A DNA stretch of 64,000 bases, taken from sequence record OV032902.1; one strand, written 5' to 3'. Every line of letters begins with the position of its first letter. The stretch's first letter is position 1. The position numbers and the translations under genes are program-made. A model generated the notes under the pieces. The model searched no databases. It was not told the DNA's origin and saw only the letters and a list, made by a program, of their open reading frames with translations. Shown piece after piece: positions 56,744-64,000 of the stretch.

Positions 56744-57139
56744 ATGGCTATGGGCAGTTATGGTTGGATAGGTCTCGCCTTTATTGTTCTACTTGCAGGT
56801 ATATTTGCGTATCGCTCATACAAGAGTAAACTTGCAGAAGTTATGGAAGAACATAAAGAGAAGATGGCCGAGATTAAGGAAGTCACAAAGGAGGTAGAGG
56901 TTGCCACGGAAGATACGGATGAGGCATCATTGTACATTGGATTGTTCGTTGTATATGCTAAAGATCACGTGGCGGCTACTGGAAAGAAAATTTCTAGTAA
57001 CCGATTGAGCGCGATCGAAGCTAAATTCCGTGAAGGTTACCAAACCTTTATGTCGCGTGAACTTCCAGAAATGGAACAACCGTACAAAAGAATTAAAGCA
57101 GCTCTTCGAGATGCTGGCCTTATGGTAGACAACAAATAA
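56744..57139 (+). CDS. Membrane-anchored coiled-coil protein
   Basis: N-terminal TM; GAGG RBS. Confidence 0.55.
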   Translation: MAMGSYGWIGLAFIVLLAGIFAYRSYKSKLAEVMEEHKEKMAEIKEVTKEVEVATEDTDEASLYIGLFVVYAKDHVAATGKKISSNRLSAIEAKFREGYQTFMSRELPEMEQPYKRIKAALRDAGLMVDNK

Positions 57140-57178
57140 TAAAGTCCCTCTCCCTTCTGGGGAGAGGGCTTTAATTGT

Positions 57179-57940
57179 TTAACGTGAAATTCCCCAACGA
57201 GCAATGCGGTTAGCCTGCTTGCGGTCATTGAGAAGCATCTTCTTAGGAATAGCATCAAGCAGTTCTTCGTAGATGTCTTTCTGGTCTGAGTAACTATCAA
57301 TAGTCGAACGAACGTAATCAGACGGCGCACCACCGAACGATTCACCATCACCTATCTTGTTAGCTAGCTTAACATGGATAAGGTGCTTAGCAGCTGCTGT
57401 GCAGAGCTTAGCGATGTCTCGTTGGAAACGTGGGTTGATATTCTGCAAGTTCTCGTCATGCTCTAGATTAACACGAATGAAAGAGTTCCATCCGATGGAG
57501 TGCTCATAGATAGCAATAGTATTCGGGGCTACAATCTCAGTACGTGCTGTACCAGTCGCTTGTGGGCCCATTGTCGCCTCGGCTAGAACTTGTGTCAAGG
57601 AAGCGTCACCCATACCGCCATCCGCATATCCGTGCTCTACAGAATGCACGGCCGTAATGCGTCGACCGTGAGTACGTGTTAGAGGGATGCGATATACATG
57701 AGCGTTATTGATCTGCTGGAATGGCAAATCATAAATCGGAATTCTTTCAGCCTGACCACTTACGAGGTTCAGGTCGGTCATAACGTAATCTCGGATAACT
57801 TCATTTTCAATGTAGTATTCCAAGTTATACGTATCGTAGGCGTGCCATTGATCACGTGGTCGAAACGCACGTTCTAGCAGATTAATATCAATGTCTGTCA
57901 TGACTCGTTTGATACAATAGCCAATGCAGCTATGGTCCAT
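57179..57940 (-). CDS. Conserved virion-associated protein (phiKZ-like)
   Basis: 253 aa with AAGGAG RBS. Confidence 0.55.
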   Translation of the reverse strand: MDHSCIGYCIKRVMTDIDINLLERAFRPRDQWHAYDTYNLEYYIENEVIRDYVMTDLNLVSGQAERIPIYDLPFQQINNAHVYRIPLTRTHGRRITAVHSVEHGYADGGMGDASLTQVLAEATMGPQATGTARTEIVAPNTIAIYEHSIGWNSFIRVNLEHDENLQNINPRFQRDIAKLCTAAAKHLIHVKLANKIGDGESFGGAPSDYVRSTIDSYSDQKDIYEELLDAIPKKMLLNDRKQANRIARWGISR

Positions 57941-58040
57941 GACTCACTCCTTATTTTCTCGTCATTTTCAACGGCGAGCCCTTATTATATGTAGGCTCAC
58001 ACTATTTGCCGTAATGTTGCAAATCATCGTATTTTGATTT

Positions 58041-58049
58041 CTATATTAC
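58041..58049 (+). promoter_or_regulatory. Early promoter motif CTATATTAC
   Basis: See the copy at 11532. Confidence 0.7.
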
Positions 58050-58080
58050 CAACTCGGTTATACTTTATTGGAGATAAGAT

Positions 58081-58401
58081 ATGAATGAATATGTCCTTCC
58101 TCTGGGTCAGGGTTTTCACGAAGACTTTGTTGACGCACTGAGGGATTTCGATACGGAGATTCCAACTTCGGAAGCTATCAAAGCTTTCTTTAAGGAAGTC
58201 TTTATTCAAAACTCGCACTTACTTACGGTAGTAGTGGAAGTCGACTCTTCCATCGATTATAAGGTTCTGCATTCTGTACTGTATGAATCTCTCGATGTAT
58301 ATGTTGGCGAACTACTCGCGATGGTCAATGACATCGAAGATGATGTTACGTACACACTTGACCTTCTGGATTATGAAACAATCATTATAAGAGAAATGTA
58401 A
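58081..58401 (+). CDS. Acidic hypothetical protein
   Basis: 106 aa with GGAG RBS. Confidence 0.6.
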   Translation: MNEYVLPLGQGFHEDFVDALRDFDTEIPTSEAIKAFFKEVFIQNSHLLTVVVEVDSSIDYKVLHSVLYESLDVYVGELLAMVNDIEDDVTYTLDLLDYETIIIREM

Positions 58402-58403
58402 CC

Positions 58404-59303
58404 ATGGCTGAAACAACATTAGTTTTAGATCTCTATGATCGTGCACAGCGACTACAAAGTGGCTTGCCCTTCAATGAGTCCGAACTCGAAATACTCAATC
58501 GTGTCAAGTGGGATATGAACTTCCTGGTTGACCTATGTCACGTTGCGTATGCAGATGCTTTTGTCCGCATGCTTAACCAAAACATTCCTGGTCTTAATGC
58601 GTATGAGGCAGTACCTGACTTTATTGATGAAGGTATTGCTAACTTACTTGACTACCTGGCAGAAGCACAAGCAGAGATGACTCCACTTGCTGCTAAGGAA
58701 TATAAGAAGCGCGTTCAACCTATCAAGCAATTGGCTTTGACTTGGTTTTACGAAACAGTGGATGACTTACAAAAAGAAGTCTACAAGTTAGTTGGTTCAA
58801 ATCGTACCTTTGACTTATGGACATGTAAGCGTACCGACCCTGACAATCCAAACTATGCAATCTGTCAAAACGAAGGTGACTTCCGTATCCTTGAATGGCA
58901 GCAACAGCACTTGGATGAAGATGGCGTTTATCAGAAAGATGTTGACAATAAGGAAGAAGAGCGTTTGATCTATCATGCGGTTCCTCAATTCCTCACTGCC
59001 AAATCATTAAAGAACGCTACGTTCTATGTTATGGGCTTCGACCAGTTCTACAAAGAACAGGGATACGAAGGTGAAGCTATTCCGAATATTCCGGCGCATA
59101 CTACAGCAGCTATCTGTGACTTGGTCCAGAAGTTAGGTGGTAAAGCTAAGACATCGCTAGGAACTGACATTGAATATGTTATCCGTCCTGATGACAATTG
59201 TATGACCGAAGAACTTTGGTTGCGTACAAATGAAGTCGTTCGATTCGTACCGAACGTGAAATGGGTAACAGAGAGTCAGTTCGTCCAATACCTGGAGAAC
59301 TAA
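58404..59303 (+). CDS. Hypothetical protein with C-terminal BRCT-like domain
   Basis: LKNATFYVMG...LVQKLGGKAKTSLGTDIEYVI...KWVTESQF follows the BRCT pattern. Confidence 0.6.
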   Translation: MAETTLVLDLYDRAQRLQSGLPFNESELEILNRVKWDMNFLVDLCHVAYADAFVRMLNQNIPGLNAYEAVPDFIDEGIANLLDYLAEAQAEMTPLAAKEYKKRVQPIKQLALTWFYETVDDLQKEVYKLVGSNRTFDLWTCKRTDPDNPNYAICQNEGDFRILEWQQQHLDEDGVYQKDVDNKEEERLIYHAVPQFLTAKSLKNATFYVMGFDQFYKEQGYEGEAIPNIPAHTTAAICDLVQKLGGKAKTSLGTDIEYVIRPDDNCMTEELWLRTNEVVRFVPNVKWVTESQFVQYLEN

Positions 59304-59304
59304 T

Positions 59305-59757
59305 ATGCAACAACCAAGACAAGAGCATATCGTCTACATCGGACAAATCGCCCACTATCTGCGTGGGCAAGTCGTACTCCTGACCGGTGATATAAAAGAA
59401 GAGGAAATCGATTATCTCGAAACACTTGAGATTATTCGTGACCTATTCGTAGCTTTCATTTATGGCGGCGAACAAAACATGATGATGATGAACAATCCCA
59501 TTCTTGATACGTGGGAGCATATGAAACTAACAGAAGAGCAGGCAAGTTGGCTGGCTAATTCAGTTCAGAGTATGTTTGGTTTCATCATTGCCAATACTAT
59601 CAAAGTTATTGACCCGAACGAATACGTTGAGATCAATTGGACTTCGGTAGATACTGGTATCATTTCGCAGACCACAAACAAAGCATATTACAACGAATCA
59701 ATCCGTCAGCACTCACAAGTGTTTACGGCGCAAGAACTTGAGCAGAGGTACATATAA
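59305..59757 (+). CDS. Hypothetical protein
   Basis: 150 aa with GGAG RBS. Confidence 0.55.
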   Translation: MQQPRQEHIVYIGQIAHYLRGQVVLLTGDIKEEEIDYLETLEIIRDLFVAFIYGGEQNMMMMNNPILDTWEHMKLTEEQASWLANSVQSMFGFIIANTIKVIDPNEYVEINWTSVDTGIISQTTNKAYYNESIRQHSQVFTAQELEQRYI

Positions 59758-60605
59758 TGTCCGTTATTCAAGCAAGTGCAGTTTTAGCACAACCTGGGAC
59801 AGTTGATCTATCCCAGGCTAAACTGGTTCCAGATGCAACCTTTAAGCCTCGTGGAATTACTACTCCACTAGCCACAATTGATTGTGCTGCTTTTGCACCG
59901 GCCACCATGCCTATTCAAATGCCAATGGAGCCACCTAAGTATCCTGAGATTATTATCAATACAGATGTACATATGGTTATGCGTATTGATGATGAACTTA
60001 CGATTCGTGCAGTGGTTGCGGTAATCAGTTGGGCATTGGCGAATGTGGCTACGTTCCCTCAGCATGGCAAACTAATCAATTGTACATTCAAACCTCGCTT
60101 TGATGATCAGCAGTTGATGAAGTTAGCGCAGGACCCGACTCTTCGTGTTATTGAAAGCGGCAAACTTTCTTTCACGGGAAATGGTCTACATGGTAACGTT
60201 AATCCACTTGTACAGGCCCGTGATCTACAGCAGGTTCAGTATCATGAACTTCCTGAAATGATTGCAGAAGAGTTCAAGCCGGATATGTGTACCGAAGAGT
60301 TCTTAGATATGTTTTGTGCATGTACTAAGAATCAATTGGCTACCGCATGTTACGTTTGTCAAGCAGCATATCAGAACCCGCCAGTCTACCTTGAAGCAAA
60401 TTGTTGCTGTCCTCCACAGAACAGACACATGCACAAGTGTAAGACGTGTGAAAGCGCAGATGGTATTATGGAACGTTACCGTGAAATCATCCTGCATGTT
60501 ATTGAACGTACTACATTCCCATTCGTTCAAATGCCACTAGGTTTGGTTGGCGGATGTGGAATCAACATCATAGGGCCTGATGCTATTCAGGTTAAGTTCG
60601 TATGA
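59757..60605 (+). CDS. Hypothetical protein with Cys-rich cluster
   Basis: CAC..CYVC..CCC..HMHKCKTC. Confidence 0.55.
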   Translation: MSVIQASAVLAQPGTVDLSQAKLVPDATFKPRGITTPLATIDCAAFAPATMPIQMPMEPPKYPEIIINTDVHMVMRIDDELTIRAVVAVISWALANVATFPQHGKLINCTFKPRFDDQQLMKLAQDPTLRVIESGKLSFTGNGLHGNVNPLVQARDLQQVQYHELPEMIAEEFKPDMCTEEFLDMFCACTKNQLATACYVCQAAYQNPPVYLEANCCCPPQNRHMHKCKTCESADGIMERYREIILHVIERTTFPFVQMPLGLVGGCGINIIGPDAIQVKFV

Positions 60606-61030
60606 CAACAGGCGCAACCGTAATCGTAAGAATAAAAGACGCCCATCAGTACTTCGCATCTGCCAATGATGAGATGGAACAGATGGTCGAAATAATCTTG
60701 CGTGGGTTTTGCGATGGAGTAAAAGACGACGACATATATGAGGCTTGTCATGTTATGGCTGAGCCTCTGTTCGGCGAAGACTACCATGAGTATGTAGATG
60801 AAGTAATTCAGATACTGCGTAAAGGTATCCATGTCAACGATATGGAAGCACTTTGTTTATGGTTTATGAATCTGGGTCAATCTGACCCGGATGTCGATAT
60901 TTCTTTTATGGTCATCGAACCTGACGCAATAGCAATCAATTTGGAGGCACATCATGGAACACGTGATGGACGCAGTAATGCGGTTCCCGAACCTATTAGA
61001 GCACATGCGACTGTCGGACCTACAGTCTGA
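60602..61030 (+). CDS. Acidic hypothetical protein
   Basis: 142 aa, coupled. Confidence 0.55.
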   Translation: MTTGATVIVRIKDAHQYFASANDEMEQMVEIILRGFCDGVKDDDIYEACHVMAEPLFGEDYHEYVDEVIQILRKGIHVNDMEALCLWFMNLGQSDPDVDISFMVIEPDAIAINLEAHHGTRDGRSNAVPEPIRAHATVGPTV

Positions 61031-61307
61031 TAAGTTCGGTGAGATCATAACTGAGCTCTTTGTCTCTGGTGGGGACTTACCGCATACCTTTAAATATCTC
61101 GAAGACATGGATATAGAAGATGAAGCTTTTGAGAATTTGGCAGATCTACTAACAGACATTCTAGCCAAACTCAATGAACTAGAGCCTGACTTCTGTATGC
61201 ACGTTTTCGGCAATCGGGACCTGAAGGTACAAGTCATCGCATTGGATGACGGACACATCAGGTTTAAGGTATATGAAAATGTCAAAACAGATGGAGTATG
61301 TGCTTAG
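60954..61307 (+). CDS. Acidic hypothetical protein
   Basis: 117 aa with GGAGG RBS. Confidence 0.6.
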   Translation: MEHVMDAVMRFPNLLEHMRLSDLQSDKFGEIITELFVSGGDLPHTFKYLEDMDIEDEAFENLADLLTDILAKLNELEPDFCMHVFGNRDLKVQVIALDDGHIRFKVYENVKTDGVCA

Positions 61308-61623
61308 CTATAACATGGGCTTACTAGAAGCCGTAAGAAGAGATTACGTTTCAAAAAATCTATTCAAGCGTATTACTATGGATGCCTATGTTAAACAAGT
61401 GTTAAGCTTTACAATCACACCTGCTGGTTTGCTTAATTACTCTAATCAGTATGGTGAGAACTCAATGGACGTTCAACGTGGTATTGACCGTGTTGTTGCT
61501 GGCGTACTCACTGGTATCCAAGGCTTTAGGTACATAGAGCTAGGATACACAAATGAAATGGTAGACATGCTTTATTTCCATGTCTACAGTGCAGAGTTTA
61601 TAGAGGGGTCACAATGGCAATAA
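61279..61623 (+). CDS. Hypothetical protein
   Basis: AAGGT RBS before MSKQMEY. Confidence 0.55.
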   Translation: MSKQMEYVLSYNMGLLEAVRRDYVSKNLFKRITMDAYVKQVLSFTITPAGLLNYSNQYGENSMDVQRGIDRVVAGVLTGIQGFRYIELGYTNEMVDMLYFHVYSAEFIEGSQWQ

Positions 61624-62087
61624 CTATTAACCAGGAAGTGAACTATATTGTTCATGGTCCAGAAGTAAGAGTTGAGTTCGACAATCTGTTGCGTAAATTT
61701 CATGGCGAGGATGTCGATATCGACAATCTTAATATGCCTATGGAGCTTCAGTCGACTAATGCCGTATTAGGTATGACCTTGCAAGAAGCTCTATCGGCTG
61801 AGCCTGACATGTCGGATGATATCACATTTGAGATGCAGGACGGTGAATTGGTTTATGACCACAAACCGGATGAACTGCCTCCTGTCCCTGAGACAGATGA
61901 GGAAGAGAACATAATGGCTGTTAGTCACTTTGGTGATTGGACGCAGAACATGGACTGGGATTTTATCGGTGACTTAATCGAGTTCGCAGTCAAGATGATC
62001 TCCATCCAACAAAAAGTAGATGTGACTCGCCTACCGGTAAAAGGCCTTATCTTCGTAGATCCAGATTCATTAAGAATAATCCTATAG
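61614..62087 (+). CDS. Acidic hypothetical protein
   Basis: 157 aa with GAGGGG RBS. Confidence 0.55.
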   Translation: MAITINQEVNYIVHGPEVRVEFDNLLRKFHGEDVDIDNLNMPMELQSTNAVLGMTLQEALSAEPDMSDDITFEMQDGELVYDHKPDELPPVPETDEEENIMAVSHFGDWTQNMDWDFIGDLIEFAVKMISIQQKVDVTRLPVKGLIFVDPDSLRIIL

Positions 62088-62104
62088 TCTAAAGGAGAGT
62101 TCTC

Positions 62105-62521
62105 ATGCTAATCGACGATATTACCGTAGGTAAGAAAATTCAATTCAATACTTATGGCAGCATGGGTGGACGTACATCTGTTATTGGTCAAGTAGTCGGT
62201 GAGAACATCGGCTCCATTGTACCAGAAGCTAACAAGATGCGCGCTTACCATGCTTCTATATACCAACAACTTCCAGAAGACATTAAGCAGGTAGTATCTC
62301 AGGATTACCGCCGCTTGAAGTTCTTCACAATTGTTACTCAAAAGCAAGAGGTAGTTTATGTAGCCGAACCATGGATAATGGAATCTACGCTACAGGAAGT
62401 ATCTCTGTCATCGGATGTTATCAACGTAACTAACTGGGACAAGTCTAAGATCACTGAGACTGACTTACGTCAGCTTCTTGGTCAGTTCGGCATTGTCGTA
62501 ACTAGTATCGTACAAGAATAA
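62105..62521 (+). CDS. Conserved hypothetical protein preceding DNA polymerase (phiKZ gp49-like position)
   Basis: 138 aa with AAGGAG RBS and an SH3-like beta pattern. Confidence 0.55.
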   Translation: MLIDDITVGKKIQFNTYGSMGGRTSVIGQVVGENIGSIVPEANKMRAYHASIYQQLPEDIKQVVSQDYRRLKFFTIVTQKQEVVYVAEPWIMESTLQEVSLSSDVINVTNWDKSKITETDLRQLLGQFGIVVTSIVQE

Positions 62522-62532
62522 CATGCCTATGT

Positions 62533-62663
62533 AATACTGTAGCCAAGAGTGCTGCTTTAGCTTCTTGAGTAGGAACATTTTGGGCGATGTTCCGTGGGGT
62601 GGATGATGATGGCGTACGGCGTTTGCCGTGCGCCGTTATCTTCTTTATTTTTTTTTTTTCTTT
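62533..62663 (+). ncRNA. Candidate small RNA or attenuator before the DNA polymerase gene
   Basis: AAC-N10-AATACTGTAG; hairpins CAAGA/TCTTG and GGAACATT/GATGTTCC; 13 bp terminator plus a long T tract. Confidence 0.4.
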
Positions 62664-62706
62664 ATCGACACGCCAAGTTAATCTGTTAGTTACAAGGAGA
62701 TTAATC

Positions 62707-64000
62707 ATGGCATTTAACAACCCATTCTTTTTGCCATTGGATATGTATCAGCGCGACCTGGATTTGGTCGAGAACTATAAAGATGCTCAGGCTAAGCATC
62801 TATCGCTTATGCGCAAGATTCCAATGGAAAAGGCAAGAGCTTTCGTAGATAAGCTCGAACTAAAACCTAAGTCACCAGAGATGAAGATGTTACGTCGTCA
62901 TCCACGTCAAGACCGACAGAAAGCAAAAGGTGATTTAGTATCTTACCTAGATTGGGTAAGTAAGAACGAAAACATCCTGGCCCCTAACTTAATCAGTTAT
63001 GCCAACCCAGATAAAGAACGAGCTTTTGTAGCTGAGTTCATCGACATGAACCTTAAGATGCGTTCTAAGGTAAAGAAAGATGGTCAGAGTGCAAAGCAGC
63101 GTGGTGATGATGCTTATTCTAAGTTCTGTAACCTACTGCAAGCAAACTACAAAATCCGTAACAACTCTATCTCAGGTGCAACGTCATCTCCTCATAACCC
63201 GCTATACTATGCGAGTGCACATACCACTCTAACATCAGTATGTCGTACCATCACGACAACAGCGAACTCTATTAATGAGAAGATGCTAGCTTCTAACCGT
63301 CATTACTTCAGCCCACTAGTAACTATTGAGAACATTATCTATATTGTACGCAATACTGATATGACTCAGATTTACGAAGCAATCATCAAGTATGGTCTAC
63401 AGATTCCTACTGTTGATGAAGCAATGGCTCTTACGCTTAAGTCTACCCGTAAGTACTGGAAAGACGAGAAAGAAGAAGCCAAGATTCGAGACATCCTCGA
63501 AGCGCTTGACCCTTACGAGTTATCAGCATACATGTTCTGTGGTGACGTTAAAGCATTAACGCAGTACAACGGCAACATGATGCGCGAGATGTACTCTCGT
63601 ATTCTTAAACCTGCTAAACATATCATGAACTACGACGAAGCTCTAGAGTTTATGGGTGATGTAGATGACGACCTAGTGGCACTAGCTGGTATGTTGTTGT
63701 CAGTCGATATGAAAGGCAAGGACCTTAAGAATGTTAAGGACGAAGAACCAGACCTGTACTGTAAGTTTGCATCTACGTTGAAACACGTATACGGCGAAAT
63801 GGAATACTACTTCGATTTCATCCGTGCATTCATTACAACTACAAATTACCCTGCACACCTGCATAGCTTCCCTAGCATGCTTCGTGAAGGCGTTGTAGCA
63901 TCAGATACTGACTCGTCTATCTTTACAACACAGAACCAAGTACAATGGTACTGTGACTCTTTGGTTAACACACCAGAGATGGTATCAGTAGCGGCAATCA
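62707..64000 (+). CDS. Family B DNA polymerase, polymerase subunit (phiKZ gp50-like; runs off the window; not in ORF track)
   Basis: Manual translation MAFNNPFFLP... shows motif B QANYKIRNNSISGA and motif C VVASDTDSSIF. AAGGAG RBS. Confidence 0.88.
   Translation, partial: MAFNNPFFLPLDMYQRDLDLVENYKDAQAKHLSLMRKIPMEKARAFVDKLELKPKSPEMKMLRRHPRQDRQKAKGDLVSYLDWVSKNENILAPNLISYANPDKERAFVAEFIDMNLKMRSKVKKDGQSAKQRGDDAYSKFCNLLQANYKIRNNSISGATSSPHNPLYYASAHTTLTSVCRTITTTANSINEKMLASNRHYFSPLVTIENIIYIVRNTDMTQIYEAIIKYGLQIPTVDEAMALTLKSTRKYWKDEKEEAKIRDILEALDPYELSAYMFCGDVKALTQYNGNMMREMYSRILKPAKHIMNYDEALEFMGDVDDDLVALAGMLLSVDMKGKDLKNVKDEEPDLYCKFASTLKHVYGEMEYYFDFIRAFITTTNYPAHLHSFPSMLREGVVASDTDSSIFTTQNQVQWYCDSLVNTPEMVSVAAI

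Noticed and set aside
62502-62720. Track ORF on the minus strand before polB
   Set aside because: Runs through a poly-A/terminator and the polB RBS; the poly-Lys comes from the T tract.

Overview
This is a 64 kb segment of a large AT-rich myovirus genome with the gene content and order of phiKZ-like jumbo phages (Chimalliviridae-like). Codon habits suggest a gammaproteobacterial host, possibly Vibrio; that is inference only. Recognisable core genes: partial SbcC-like ATPase, baseplate spike and PAAR tip, two-component spanin, RNase H, UvsX/RecA, three pieces of the split virion RNA polymerase, a ~1900 aa tail protein with an M23 peptidase, prohead protease, tail tube and sheath, large terminase, and the start of a family B DNA polymerase. 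The most unusual part is 48-56.4 kb, which looks RNA-centred. It holds a divergent Ro60/TROVE protein with a tRNA-sized structured RNA directly upstream. It also holds a protein with an RG-rich head and an SSB-like acidic tail. Finally, a ~1.45 kb gene-free array has seven back-to-back promoter / structured RNA / terminator cassettes, most displaying anti-Shine-Dalgarno (CUCCU-type) motifs. Further candidate structured RNAs lie at 31.9 kb, in the tail-sheath leader (pseudoknot) and before the DNA polymerase. No tRNA, CRISPR array, intein or PhuZ tubulin was recognised. Family calls come from motif recognition and recalled synteny, not database searches. RNA folds were paired by eye.
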